A stretch of 64,000 bases of DNA from an uncultured bacterium (GTDB lineage: Bacteria; Fidelibacterota; Marinisomatia; Marinisomatales; UBA1611). The translations under genes were made by a program, and so were the position numbers. This document shows positions 30,698 through 42,100 of this stretch, in pieces. Under the pieces are notes generated by a model. It searched no databases and was not told the DNA's origin. It saw only the letters and a program-made list of their open reading frames with translations. Each line of letters begins with the position of its first letter. Within the stretch, counting starts at the first letter, position 1. The stretch spans positions 32,001 to 96,000 of the forward strand of contig CBFIBM010000002.1 in the NCBI GenBank assembly GCA_965660855.1, in the 5' to 3' direction.

Positions 30698-33600
30698 TTG
30701 ATTTTGCGGGTAGTCTTTCAAGTTCTTTTGATATCCTGCAGTTTTACTAGTGCAAATAATATTGATAATTACTGGCAGCAAGATGTTGATTATAAAATGA
30801 AGGTCTCTTTGATTGACTCAATCCGGCAATTAACTGGAACTTCAATTATAAAGTACACTAATAACTCCCCAGATTCCTTAGATCGTATATATATGCATTT
30901 ATATCCAAATGCATTTCAAAAGAATTCAGTAAAATATAGAGAATATTTAGATAGCTACGGTCGAAAATCACGAGCTAAAGAGATTCAAGAATCACTAAAT
31001 AGTTTTATAAGTAAAATTGAGATCCATAATCTTTCAATTTCATTGCCTCAGGAGGGACTTTCATGGATACATAAAAAATCGATATTAGAATCTTTTAATA
31101 TCGAAGATACCATTTTAGAAATAAAATTATTGCATAAGATTGGACCAGGGGAGACCTCGAGAATTGACTTAAGTTGGACACATCATATTGGTGAAATGGT
31201 TGAAAGAGCAGGTTTTCATAAAGGACAATACAATATGGCTCAATGGTATCCTAAAATTGCAGTTTATGATCATAGTGGATGGAATGCAGACTTCTTTCAT
31301 GCAGAAGGTGAATTCTATGGTGAGTTTGGAACTTTTGAAGTTGAACTTACTATACCGAAAGCTTTTGTTATTGCGGCAACTGGGATAGTAGAGAATGGGG
31401 ATCCTGGATGGAGTGATGTTGAAGTAGATACTTCATTTGATTTTAATATTTGGCGGGATATTTTTGACTCTACGTATATCGCTCCAAAATCAAATGAATC
31501 ACGGAATGTAACTTTTATAGCGAAAAACGTTCATGATTTTGCATGGGTTGCTTCAAAAAATTTCTTCTATGAGGGTGGGAAAAGTAAAGATTTAGAGACT
31601 GATATTCATGTTTTGTACGATAGAGATCGTGGAATGAATTGGTCAAAAGTTGTTTTGGATAGATCTGTTGAGGTCTTAGATTGGCTTGAGAAAAAAATTG
31701 GGGAATATCCTTACCCTCAAATATCTACAGTAGATAGAGTCAAAAATGGTGGAATGGAATATCCAATGCTTGTGATGAATGGAAGAGAAGACGAGAGCTT
31801 GATAGCACATGAGTTTGGACATGTTTATTTTTATGGAATACTCGCCAATAATGAAGTTGGTGAAGCATGGCTTGACGAGGGATTTGCAACGTTTCAAACA
31901 ACTGAATACATGGCAGAAAAATACGGACCTCATGGATATGACCCAGAACTTTTTAATGGATATGACAAATATCCGAAAAATAAAATGCCAAAACAAAGTG
32001 AATTGTTTTCAGATCAGTGGTCTGCAATAAGATTTCAAATAAGCGGGAATGATGAGAATATAAGTAAGCCTTCTCATTTATTTAATTCATCAAGGTCATA
32101 CAGTCAAAATGCATATACAAAACCATCTTTGATGCTTTTTGAATTAAAATATATTTTAGAAGATTCTCTCTTTAATGAAGTCATAAAGCAATATTATGAG
32201 AAATGGAAATTTAAACATACAAATGAAGAACGCTTTATTTCCATTGTAGAGAACGTAGTTGGAAATGATATGCGATGGTTCTTTGAACCATGGTTACATA
32301 CAACGAGGAAATTAGACTATAGTATAAAATCATATAAAAAAAGTATTAATAAAGATAATTCATGGAAGATTTTTCTTGAAATTGAAAATAAAGGGTCACG
32401 TTTTCTTCCAATGAAAATCCAAACTATAATGGAAGATGGGTTAGAAGATGAGAGATGGTGGGTTAATCATGATTGGAGATACAAGGATACCCTATCTTAT
32501 CATGTCCCTAAAAAACCCTTAAAGATTACATTAGACCCAAATACAGAAACTCTTGATATAGATTATAGAAACAATACAACTAAAATGGGGAAAAGAATAT
32601 TATTTAATTGGCCTGATTCATACTATAATCCTAGAGATAAATTTGTCTATAAATGGAATCCTAATTTTTATTATGAAAGTTCAAAAAAAGATTTCGCACC
32701 TGGTATTTTTTTGATTAGACAATATGGACCTTACGAAAAAAGTACCTTTGACGTGAATTATAGTTATTCTTTAAAAAAAATATACTGGGACTTAACAACT
32801 GAAAGACTTCCTGTGCATTTTTTTCCAAGGACTAAATTTAAAATATGGTCAATGAATAAACCTGGGATTTTCGAATACGGTGCAGAAATAAATAAAAAAT
32901 GGAACTTTGCTTATGGAAGGACGCCAACTCAAAATTTTTATATGGGGTTTTATGTTCAACCTAAATACAATTTACTTCGCAAGAGATATATTGATTTAGA
33001 GACATCTAATAAGCTTGGAGTAGGTTATTTTAAATTAGTTGGATCTATGGGTATATTTAACATAAAACTTGATTTTTTCTCAAGTTTAGGCTCATTAACA
33101 TTTTGGAATTTTAATAAAGTAAAATTTCAAGGTAATGCAAATTTTTCAAAAAAATCATTTTCTAATGAAAGAGATATATTTAAGATGATACCTAGTTTTA
33201 AGGTTACTTCTCAAAACCGTTTTTTTGCTGGAAAAGTTTGGGGGCATGCACCTAATCGGGAACTTTTTAGCATTCAGGGTAACGAAGAATATGATCTTCT
33301 AAAAAAAAGATATTTAATTGATGGACTTTATGGTAATTCAAATTTAGCTGGGCATTATTACATCCCTGGAGGAGGAAATCTCAGAGGTTTTATTTTAAGC
33401 AATCAACCTAAGGTCAATGGATTATTTTCAATGACAAATGAAATAATTTTTTCTAGTATTTTGTCAGGTGTAAATCTCATTCCAAAATTGAAGATGTTTA
33501 TTGATAGCGGTTTTTTCTGGGAAAAACAATCAACCAATAATCCTTTCTTCCTTGCGGATGCAGGTATGGGATTATCTTTTAATTACTCTTTCATGGGAAA

Positions 33601-33700
33601 GGATTTCTATGTGTTGGTTGATTTTCCTTTAATTATTTTTAATAAAACTGTGGAGATAAATAAGGGAAACTGGATTTTCAGTGTTCAGAGAAGTTTCTAG
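30698..33700 (+). CDS. Exported M1-family zinc aminopeptidase with long C-terminal beta-rich domain
   Basis: Signal peptide, YWQQ, AQWYPK, GGMEYP, HEFGH...EAWLDEG; aromatic beta-strand tail ending in Phe. Confidence 0.88.
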   Translation: MILRVVFQVLLISCSFTSANNIDNYWQQDVDYKMKVSLIDSIRQLTGTSIIKYTNNSPDSLDRIYMHLYPNAFQKNSVKYREYLDSYGRKSRAKEIQESLNSFISKIEIHNLSISLPQEGLSWIHKKSILESFNIEDTILEIKLLHKIGPGETSRIDLSWTHHIGEMVERAGFHKGQYNMAQWYPKIAVYDHSGWNADFFHAEGEFYGEFGTFEVELTIPKAFVIAATGIVENGDPGWSDVEVDTSFDFNIWRDIFDSTYIAPKSNESRNVTFIAKNVHDFAWVASKNFFYEGGKSKDLETDIHVLYDRDRGMNWSKVVLDRSVEVLDWLEKKIGEYPYPQISTVDRVKNGGMEYPMLVMNGREDESLIAHEFGHVYFYGILANNEVGEAWLDEGFATFQTTEYMAEKYGPHGYDPELFNGYDKYPKNKMPKQSELFSDQWSAIRFQISGNDENISKPSHLFNSSRSYSQNAYTKPSLMLFELKYILEDSLFNEVIKQYYEKWKFKHTNEERFISIVENVVGNDMRWFFEPWLHTTRKLDYSIKSYKKSINKDNSWKIFLEIENKGSRFLPMKIQTIMEDGLEDERWWVNHDWRYKDTLSYHVPKKPLKITLDPNTETLDIDYRNNTTKMGKRILFNWPDSYYNPRDKFVYKWNPNFYYESSKKDFAPGIFLIRQYGPYEKSTFDVNYSYSLKKIYWDLTTERLPVHFFPRTKFKIWSMNKPGIFEYGAEINKKWNFAYGRTPTQNFYMGFYVQPKYNLLRKRYIDLETSNKLGVGYFKLVGSMGIFNIKLDFFSSLGSLTFWNFNKVKFQGNANFSKKSFSNERDIFKMIPSFKVTSQNRFFAGKVWGHAPNRELFSIQGNEEYDLLKKRYLIDGLYGNSNLAGHYYIPGGGNLRGFILSNQPKVNGLFSMTNEIIFSSILSGVNLIPKLKMFIDSGFFWEKQSTNNPFFLADAGMGLSFNYSFMGKDFYVLVDFPLIIFNKTVEINKGNWIFSVQRSF

Positions 33701-33805
33701 AAAATAGATTGAATTAAATTAAAGAGTGTTTAAATTATAATAGTTTTATTTATTACACTTTTCTACAGTAGTAAAATTTATAGAATATCCAATTGGAGAA
33801 TTATC

Positions 33806-36800
33806 GTGAAAAATAAATCATTTGTTTTATCAATTTTCATTTATTTGCTTACTTTTATCTTTTCTCAAGATGCAGAACTTTGTGAGCCAAGAGCTCTTTC
33901 TGTTTTTGGTGGTGATCAAGAAAATATCATTTCTTGGAGTGAACCAGGTGGCAACATTGCTTGTGGAGATTATTTAATTGATCAATTACCCTATACTCAC
34001 GTAGGTAACAATTCGGGACAAGGAGACGATTGGCCCTTACCTTATGATGGTGATGATATTGCTTACACATTAAATGTAGATGAGATTTCTTCTTATAATA
34101 TAACTCTTTGTAGTTTTACAACAGACTTTGATTCTTATTTAGAAATTTTTACTAATGACGAAAGTTGCCTTAGCCCTGTTTCTACTGGTAATGGAAATGA
34201 TGACGATTACAATAATTGTCCTGATTACACTGCTCCTTATCCTCCAAGTGGTTTATGGGCTGTAACATTGCAACCTGGAACGTATTATATTGTTGTTGGT
34301 GGCTTTTCCGGTGATGTAGGGAATTATGAAATTTCTGTTAGTTTAGCTGGAGGAAGAAATAATAGTATTGTGGACAATTCAGTTAAAAAAGATTGGGAAA
34401 ATCAATATGCGAAACTGGTTGAGTTAGGTGTTAATCAGGAAACTATTGATAACTATTCCGAGATTATTCTAAACTCACAAAGATATAGTCGAACAGAAAA
34501 CTCTAGAGAAATTCCAGAAGAGTGTGGATCTTTTACAACATATAATATTTATAATGCATCAAATGATGCATTGATAGCTTCTACAACAAATCTTTCATAT
34601 ACACATTCCTCGTTGATTAATGGAACAGAATATTGTTACTATGTAAAAACAGAATATGTTGAGGGAGTATCAATCGCAACGGAGATAATTTGTGGTACCC
34701 CTGCTTCATGGACTCCTTCTCCTCCTACAAACGTCTATGCTGAAGTTTGGGATGAAGAGGTATCATTATATTGGACTTCTCCTGAGATAACAAATTTGAG
34801 TGTACCTTATACTGAAAATTTTGACGAGGGTGGTTTATTAGATTTATGGTTGGTGGACGGTGGCGATAATTGGATTTATAATAATGCTTCTGGTAACCCG
34901 GCTCCAGCGATGTATTTTAGTTGGACACCATCTGTTCAAAATTATGATCAGAGTCTTTATTCACCGTCGGTTCCCCTTGGATCATTAACAGAAGCAACTA
35001 TATCATTTGATTGGGAATTTAGTAATTATAATCCATCTGGGAATGAGTATTTTTCAATAGAATACAAAACAGGCTCCGATGCAGATTGGACAGTTCTTGA
35101 AGAATTTTCGAATTCAGGAGAAGGTTTTAATTTTACAAATTATTCCTATGATTTAACTACTCTTTCAAATAACCTTCAAGTTCGTTTTCGATGTTATGGA
35201 GCAGATTCCTTTGATTTAAATTGGTACATGATTGATAATTTTTCAGTTACCTCTGATCAAAGAACAAGTAGAAATGAATATGATTTTTTAGGTTACAATG
35301 TTTATGTTGATGGGGTTTTAAATAACGAAGCAATTTTTGATACTCTTGGCTATACAGTCTATGAATTAAATAATGAAATTGAGTATACTTTTGGGGTGAC
35401 ATCTGTTTATGAAGGTGCACCAGGAGAAAATAACTATGAGAGTGATCCAGTGAATGTAATGGGGCAACCTATTTATGTTTATGGTGATGTTTCAGGTACT
35501 GTAATTGACCCCAATGGCGACGTTCTTGATAGTGTAGTAGTTTCATCTAATGGTATCAGTGACACAACTGATATTAACGGTAATTTTTATTTATGGAACT
35601 TAGATGTTGGCCTTAATTCTGTCCAAGTAAGAAGGTCTGGTTTTTCCACTACTACTGAAGATGTTGAGGTACTAGCTCAAGCAGAACCAACAATACAAAA
35701 CTTTACTCTCAGCCCAGATATGCCAAGCCCAGTTGCATTGAATTCCATACCGATGGATGAAGAAGTATTTCTAACCTGGCGTGAACCGGGTGGAGTAAGT
35801 TTGTATGATGTTGCATACTACGATGATTCTTTTGAAGGACAAATTGGTTGTGGAGGAACTTGTGGATTTGGTGTTCGATTTACACCTGCTAATTATCCTG
35901 CAACATTAACTGGATTAGTCCTTAGCTTTCAGGGCGGTGGAACTGCTGCGGGTGCATCTGTAGACATCTATTTAGATCCTAATGGTTTAGCTGGTGGTCC
36001 TGTAGGGGATCCAATTAACTTAGTTGTTTCATCAGATTTTAGTGCACCAGAGGCTCTTGTACAATTCCAAGTTGATGCTTCGGAAGCTGCCATTGAAGTT
36101 CTTAGTGGGGATATCTATGTAGTCGTAAACGAGAATAATTCAGGTTTTATGGGTATTTCTAACGATCTTGAGCCCCAAACTCCAGATTACTATAGTAGGA
36201 ATTGGGTTACTCTAGGAGATGGTACTTGGTCTACTATTAATGATGTGGTTGCTGGTGATCCAACACTCACAGGTAATTTTGGGATTTTAGCACAATTTTT
36301 AGGTGCTCCAGGGATGTCATTTGCTCATTCTGCAATAAATAATCCAATTGCAATGGGTAATAATCAAGTTGGAATTATTTCTAATTACAATAATTTTAAT
36401 AGTGAAGTTAGTAGGAATGATGTTTCAGAGATTATTCCAGCCTTAGACTCTCCTTACGAGCCTTTAAACCCTTCAATCTTCAATCTTAATAGAGATGATT
36501 TAATCGAATATCGTGTTTATGAAGTTGATCCTCAAGGAAATGAGACTTTTGTATTAGCTACTTCTGATACTTTTGCAACAGTTTCAGTAAGTCCAAATTA
36601 TCAAGAATATTGTTTTAATATTTCTGCATTTTGGGGTACTGATAATTACGGTGATTTAGAGTCCAATCATTCAAATACATCATGTGCTGTTCCGTATAAA
36701 TATGGTGATGCTGATTTTGATAGTGATACTGATATCACAGATGTTCTAGCAGTTGTTGATTTTATTCTTGAAGAAGATATTCCTTCTGAAGATGAGTTTA

Positions 36801-37579
36801 GGAACGTAGATGTAAATATGGATGATGAAATTGATATAGCAGATGTTATTATGATTGTTGATATTATCTTTGGATCGAATGCAAGAATGGTCAATACATC
36901 ATATTCAACCGCTTATGTAGATTTAGTAACCAATTTATCTTCAGGAAGTCTATCGCTTGAGGTTGAAAATGCTGGAATAGTAAGAGGGATTGAATTTGAA
37001 ATTAAATACGATGGTCAACTAGTTGATTTAATTACTCCTTCATTGAATAATTTTATGGAAGATGTCTTTATTTCTTCAAATTCAATACAAAATGGAAATA
37101 TTAAAATAGTGGCTGCAAATTTAAATGGTGGCGAAATAGCTAGTAAGGATAATTCGTATATAACCATTCCATTTAATTTTAAAGGAAATAAATATGATGC
37201 ATCTCTAGTTGAAATTGAAGATGTTAAGTTGATTGGGATAGATGGTAGTAAAATTGATATTATTGTTAGAACAAATAACTCTAAGATAAACTTTTTACCT
37301 ACTGCTTATGCTCTTAAACAAAATTATCCAAATCCTTTTAACCCTACCACAGAAATTAGGTTTGATGTACCAGAAGCTGGATATGTTACATTAGCAGTTC
37401 ATAATATGTTAGGTCAAAAAGTAAAAGTTTTAAAATCCGAAGAGCTTCAAGCTGGTTATCATATTGTCAATTGGGATGGTACTAATGATTTAGGAAGTTT
37501 AATGTCATCTGGAATGTACTTTTATTCTATTCAAGCTGCTGAATTCCAAGCAACTAAGAAAATGTTATTTCTAAAATAG
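33806..37579 (+). CDS. Large secreted multidomain protein (FN3-like, dockerin, C-terminal T9SS/FlgD-Ig-type sorting domain)
   Basis: Signal peptide; FN3-like W and Y strands; paired dockerin loops GDADFDSDTDITD and DVNMDDEIDIAD; QNYPNPFNP...KKMLFLK C-terminus. Confidence 0.85.
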   Translation: MKNKSFVLSIFIYLLTFIFSQDAELCEPRALSVFGGDQENIISWSEPGGNIACGDYLIDQLPYTHVGNNSGQGDDWPLPYDGDDIAYTLNVDEISSYNITLCSFTTDFDSYLEIFTNDESCLSPVSTGNGNDDDYNNCPDYTAPYPPSGLWAVTLQPGTYYIVVGGFSGDVGNYEISVSLAGGRNNSIVDNSVKKDWENQYAKLVELGVNQETIDNYSEIILNSQRYSRTENSREIPEECGSFTTYNIYNASNDALIASTTNLSYTHSSLINGTEYCYYVKTEYVEGVSIATEIICGTPASWTPSPPTNVYAEVWDEEVSLYWTSPEITNLSVPYTENFDEGGLLDLWLVDGGDNWIYNNASGNPAPAMYFSWTPSVQNYDQSLYSPSVPLGSLTEATISFDWEFSNYNPSGNEYFSIEYKTGSDADWTVLEEFSNSGEGFNFTNYSYDLTTLSNNLQVRFRCYGADSFDLNWYMIDNFSVTSDQRTSRNEYDFLGYNVYVDGVLNNEAIFDTLGYTVYELNNEIEYTFGVTSVYEGAPGENNYESDPVNVMGQPIYVYGDVSGTVIDPNGDVLDSVVVSSNGISDTTDINGNFYLWNLDVGLNSVQVRRSGFSTTTEDVEVLAQAEPTIQNFTLSPDMPSPVALNSIPMDEEVFLTWREPGGVSLYDVAYYDDSFEGQIGCGGTCGFGVRFTPANYPATLTGLVLSFQGGGTAAGASVDIYLDPNGLAGGPVGDPINLVVSSDFSAPEALVQFQVDASEAAIEVLSGDIYVVVNENNSGFMGISNDLEPQTPDYYSRNWVTLGDGTWSTINDVVAGDPTLTGNFGILAQFLGAPGMSFAHSAINNPIAMGNNQVGIISNYNNFNSEVSRNDVSEIIPALDSPYEPLNPSIFNLNRDDLIEYRVYEVDPQGNETFVLATSDTFATVSVSPNYQEYCFNISAFWGTDNYGDLESNHSNTSCAVPYKYGDADFDSDTDITDVLAVVDFILEEDIPSEDEFRNVDVNMDDEIDIADVIMIVDIIFGSNARMVNTSYSTAYVDLVTNLSSGSLSLEVENAGIVRGIEFEIKYDGQLVDLITPSLNNFMEDVFISSNSIQNGNIKIVAANLNGGEIASKDNSYITIPFNFKGNKYDASLVEIEDVKLIGIDGSKIDIIVRTNNSKINFLPTAYALKQNYPNPFNPTTEIRFDVPEAGYVTLAVHNMLGQKVKVLKSEELQAGYHIVNWDGTNDLGSLMSSGMYFYSIQAAEFQATKKMLFLK

Positions 37580-37596
37580 ATTTAGTTAAGTTGTTT

Positions 37597-37633
37597 AAAA
37601 AAAGCCTCGTTTTGATTTCGAGGCTTTTTTTTT
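37597..37633 (+). terminator. Intrinsic terminator, possibly bidirectional
   Basis: AAAAAAAGCCTCG-loop-CGAGGCTTTTTTT right after the secreted-protein gene. Confidence 0.9.
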
Positions 37634-37682
37634 GGAACTTCTGAAGCAAAATAGTCTTTAATTAAAAAATGGAATTTTTATA

Positions 37683-39062
37683 ATGAAGTTTGTTTATTTA
37701 TTTATTTTATCAATCCAATTAATCAATGCTCAAAATTCAGTAGTAAGACAATTTAGCAAAGCTTTTGCAGATGTTGCTGAAAAAGCTAAACCTGCAGTGG
37801 TCACAATAATTACTGATAAAACTGTTTCTCTCAGTCAATATGAAGATTTTGGTTTTTTCTTTTACCAACCAGGCCAACCTAGACAAAGAGAATTTAAGAC
37901 AAATGCGATTGGATCTGGTGTTATAATTGATTCAAAAGAAGGATATATATTAACAAACAATCACGTTGTTGAAGAAATGGATGGGATAAAGGTTAAATTG
38001 ATTGATAAAAGAGAATATGAAGCCACTATAATTGGGACAGATCCTAAAACAGACCTTGCTGTTTTAAAGATTGAAGCAGAAAATCTTGTGGATATTACTT
38101 TAGCTAATTCTAATCAGGCCAGGGTTGGTGAGTGGGTGATGGCTGTGGGTAGCCCTTTTTCGGAGAACTTAAGTCATACAGTTACAACAGGCATTATTTC
38201 GGCTCTTGGTAGAAGTAATATTATGAATTCCCAAAGCTATGAAGATTTTATCCAAACAGATGCAGCGATAAACCCAGGGAATAGTGGTGGAGCTCTTCTA
38301 AGTATGGATGGAAAATTATTAGGAATAAATACCGCTATTGCAACTGGTGGATATGAAAAATCAAATAGAGGTGTAGGTTTCGCAATTCCGTCGAATATGG
38401 TGAAACGGATTATGTCTGATCTAATTGATAAAGGTTTTGTTACAAGAGCATGGCTTGGAGTTTTTATTCAAGAACTTGATAGCGAAACAGCTAAAGGTCT
38501 GAATATAAAAACAAGAAATGGTGCTCTAATCACTGATGTAGTAGATGGAGGTCCTGCTGAAGAAGGTGGAATCCAAGAGGGAGATGTAATAATTGCGTTT
38601 AATGATCAGTTGATATCTAACCCTTCTAATCTTAAAAATGTTGTTTCTTTAACTCCACCTAGCTCTAAAAATCGTGTAAAAGTTATAAGAAACGGATCTA
38701 AAAAAACTGTTGAAGTGGTATTGGCGGAACTTCCCGAAGAAGTACAAAATTTTCCCAGTAAACGAAACCGAGTAAGATCTAATGAATTCGGTTTGCAATT
38801 AAAAGAGGTTAATAATAGGCTTAAAGAAAAATATAATATTGAAGAATCAGATGTTTTAGTCGTTACAAAAGTGGATGAAGAGGGCGAAGCTTTCTCAAAA
38901 GGCATCAGGGAAGGTGATGTCATTAAACGAGTTGGTACAGAACAAGTTAAAACTGTGAAACAATTTAAAAGACTTATTGATAATTCAAGAGATAGAGGTT
39001 CATTGTTATTACTTGTAAAAAAACCTAATGGTGGTTCTAAATTTTATACTCTCAGGTATTAA
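37683..39062 (+). CDS. DegP/HtrA (Do-family) serine protease with two PDZ domains
   Basis: TNNHV, DLAV, QTDAAINPGNSGG; two PDZ-like regions; signal peptide. Confidence 0.95.
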   Translation: MKFVYLFILSIQLINAQNSVVRQFSKAFADVAEKAKPAVVTIITDKTVSLSQYEDFGFFFYQPGQPRQREFKTNAIGSGVIIDSKEGYILTNNHVVEEMDGIKVKLIDKREYEATIIGTDPKTDLAVLKIEAENLVDITLANSNQARVGEWVMAVGSPFSENLSHTVTTGIISALGRSNIMNSQSYEDFIQTDAAINPGNSGGALLSMDGKLLGINTAIATGGYEKSNRGVGFAIPSNMVKRIMSDLIDKGFVTRAWLGVFIQELDSETAKGLNIKTRNGALITDVVDGGPAEEGGIQEGDVIIAFNDQLISNPSNLKNVVSLTPPSSKNRVKVIRNGSKKTVEVVLAELPEEVQNFPSKRNRVRSNEFGLQLKEVNNRLKEKYNIEESDVLVVTKVDEEGEAFSKGIREGDVIKRVGTEQVKTVKQFKRLIDNSRDRGSLLLLVKKPNGGSKFYTLRY

Positions 39063-39153
39063 ACCTATATTTATTATTTATTAAAAGACATCTACCAATA
39101 GAAATTAAAAAAAGATAATTTCAAGCAATTAATTATTGAGTTGAAATTAAAAA

Positions 39154-42100
39154 ATGAGTATAAAGAAAGTTGATAATAAAGTTGACTTCATTTCCGAAGA
39201 ACATAAAGTTTTAAAATTTTGGAAAGAAAATAATACTTTTGATAAAAGAAGAAAGCTAAATATTGGTAAACCAAAATGGAGTTTTATTGATGGGCCAATT
39301 ACAGCCAATAATCCAATGGGTGTGCATCATGCTTGGGGTAGATCATTAAAAGATATATATAATCGATACAAAGCAATGAAGGGTTTTGATCTTCGTTACC
39401 AAAATGGTTTTGACTGCCAGGGCCTCTGGGTTGAAATAGAGGTTGAAAAAGAACTCGGTTTTAAATCAAAAAAAGATGTTGAAGATTTTGGCATAGAAAA
39501 ATTTGTAAATCTGTGTAAGGAGAGGGTAAAAAAATATTCTAAAATTCAGACAGAGCAATCAAAAAGGCTTGGGTATTGGATGGATTGGGACAACTCTTAC
39601 TACACCATGTCTGATGAAAATAACTACACGATTTGGTCATTCTTAAAAAAACTTTGGAAAAAAGGGAAAATTTATAAAGGTACTGATGTAGTTCCTTGGA
39701 GTGGGAGATCTGGAACATCCTACTCGCAAATGGAAATCATTGAAGGACGTAAATTAGTAGCTCATACATCAGTTTTTGTGCGGTTTCCAATAAAGGGCAA
39801 AAAGAAAGAATATTTATTAATATGGACTACTACACCATGGACTTTATCTTCCAATGTAGTCGCAGGTGTAAATATTAATCTTGATTACATTAAGATTAAA
39901 ACACATGATGGATCTATTTACTATTTTGCAGAAGAAAATTTAGAATTTAAAAGACTAGAAAAACAATTTCAGGATAAAAAGCAGTGGGTCGAAGGAGTTC
40001 CAAAATTAAAAACTCTCCACCAAATTTTTAATGAAAGAGGTGGTTATGAAAAATGTGGAACCCTCAAAGGTTCTGAAATGGTTGGTTGGCAATATACAGC
40101 CCCTTATGATGATTTTGATGCTCAAAAAGAGTTAGGTGGATATCCTATTTGTAATGATGATTTAAAAAAAGAAGGTCTTTCTGCCTCCACATCTCATAGA
40201 GTAATAAATCCGGGTAAAGATAGTATAGGCGGTGATATAGTAGTTGCTGGCGAAGGAACGGGTATTGTCCATATGGCTCCAGGTTGTGGAGATATAGATC
40301 ATAAAATTGGTAAAAAATTAAATCTATTAAATATTGCTCCTCTTGATGATGAATCCAGATTCTTAAATAAGTTCGGCTGGTTATCTGGAAAAATCGCTAC
40401 TAGTAAAGAAACCACAAAAGAAATTATTAATGATTTAAAAGAGAGAGATTTTCTGGTATATGCTGAAGAATATCCACATGTGTATCCTCATTGCTGGAGA
40501 TCTGGTGATGAATTAGTATTCCGTTTAGTTGATGAGTGGTATATAAATATGGACTGGAGAGGAAAAATTAAGTCAATTGTTGATGATATTAATTGGATAC
40601 CCGAATGGGGAAATGAGAGAGAGCATGAATGGTTAGATAACATGGGTGATTGGATGATCTCAAAGAAAAGATTTTGGGGATTAGCTCTTCCAATTTGGGT
40701 TTTTGAAGATGGATCCTTCTATGTTGTAGGTTCTAAGGATGAACTTAAAAGTTTATGCGTAGATGGCTGGGATGATTTTCAGGGTAATTCTCCACATAGA
40801 CCATGGATTGATAAAATTAAGATTAGACATCCAAAAACTGGATTGATCGGACAAAGAATCAAAGATGTAGGAAATCCATGGCTTGATGCAGGGATAGTAC
40901 CTTTTTCAACGTTGAAATATAGTACAGATAAAAACTATTGGGCAGATTGGTTCCCAGGTGATTTTGTTACAGAATGTTTTCCTGGACAATTTAGGAATTG
41001 GTTTTATTCTTTATTAGCAATGTCCGCAGAGCTTGAGGGGAAAGCACCCTTTAAAACACTGCTTGGGCATGCTTTGGTTAAGGATGAAACTGGTCGAGAT
41101 ATGCACAAGAGCTGGGGGAATGCAATTTGGTTTGATGATGCAGCTGAAAAAATGGGTGTTGATGTTATGCGTTGGATGTATTCAATCCAAAATGTTGAAC
41201 AAAATCTACTTTTTGGATATACCATTGCAGATGAAGTAAGAAAAAAAATGATTACACTATGGAACGTTTATTCATTTTATGCAACATATGCATCTGTTGA
41301 TGGTTTTTCTCCAGAGGAAAATATTCTTAAAATAGATTCATTATCTTTACTTGATCGCTGGATTATATCAAAAACTCATTTATTACTAGAAAATTCTCAA
41401 GAATCATTTGATGAATATAGAGTTGATCGTTTTATGAAAGCCTTTGAAATATACCTTGAAGAGTTATCAAATTGGTATATTAGAAGAAGTAGAAGGCGGT
41501 TCTGGAAATCAGAGGATGATGAGGACAAGAAAAATGCATATATAACTCTATACCACGTTTTGTCAGTTAGTATTAAATGTGTTGCACCGATTTTACCGTT
41601 TATAACTGAAACTATTTATCAAAATCTGATTAAAAATTCAGAAAATTCTGTACCTGAAAGTATTCATTTATGTGACTTCCCTCAACCAAATAGTAGCTAT
41701 ATTGATCATCAGCTCATGAAAAATGTTGATTCATTAAAAAAATGTGTTGAGTTAGGAAGATCTGCTAGAAGTCAAAATAATATAAAAATAAGACAACCAT
41801 TAGGAAAGGTGCTTTTTGCGATTGAAGATAATGATATTGCGGAATTTTTTAACCAAAATAAAGAAATCATTCTTGATGAATTGAACGTCAAATCGATTAA
41901 CAGAATTACTGAAAAAGATGACCTAATTAAATACAAAGTTAAACCAAATTTGAGAACTTTAGGCCAGAGGTATGGGAAAGGTCTATCAGAAATAAAAATA
42001 ATATTAAATGAAACAGATCCAAGTTTATTAGTTTCTTCTTTACATAATAATAATGAGATTGATTTAGGGAAAGGTAAATATATTTTGACGAGACAAGATA

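Noticed and set aside
39063..39153. T-box leader upstream of ileS
   Set aside because: Only about 90 bp, with no T-box consensus or terminator.
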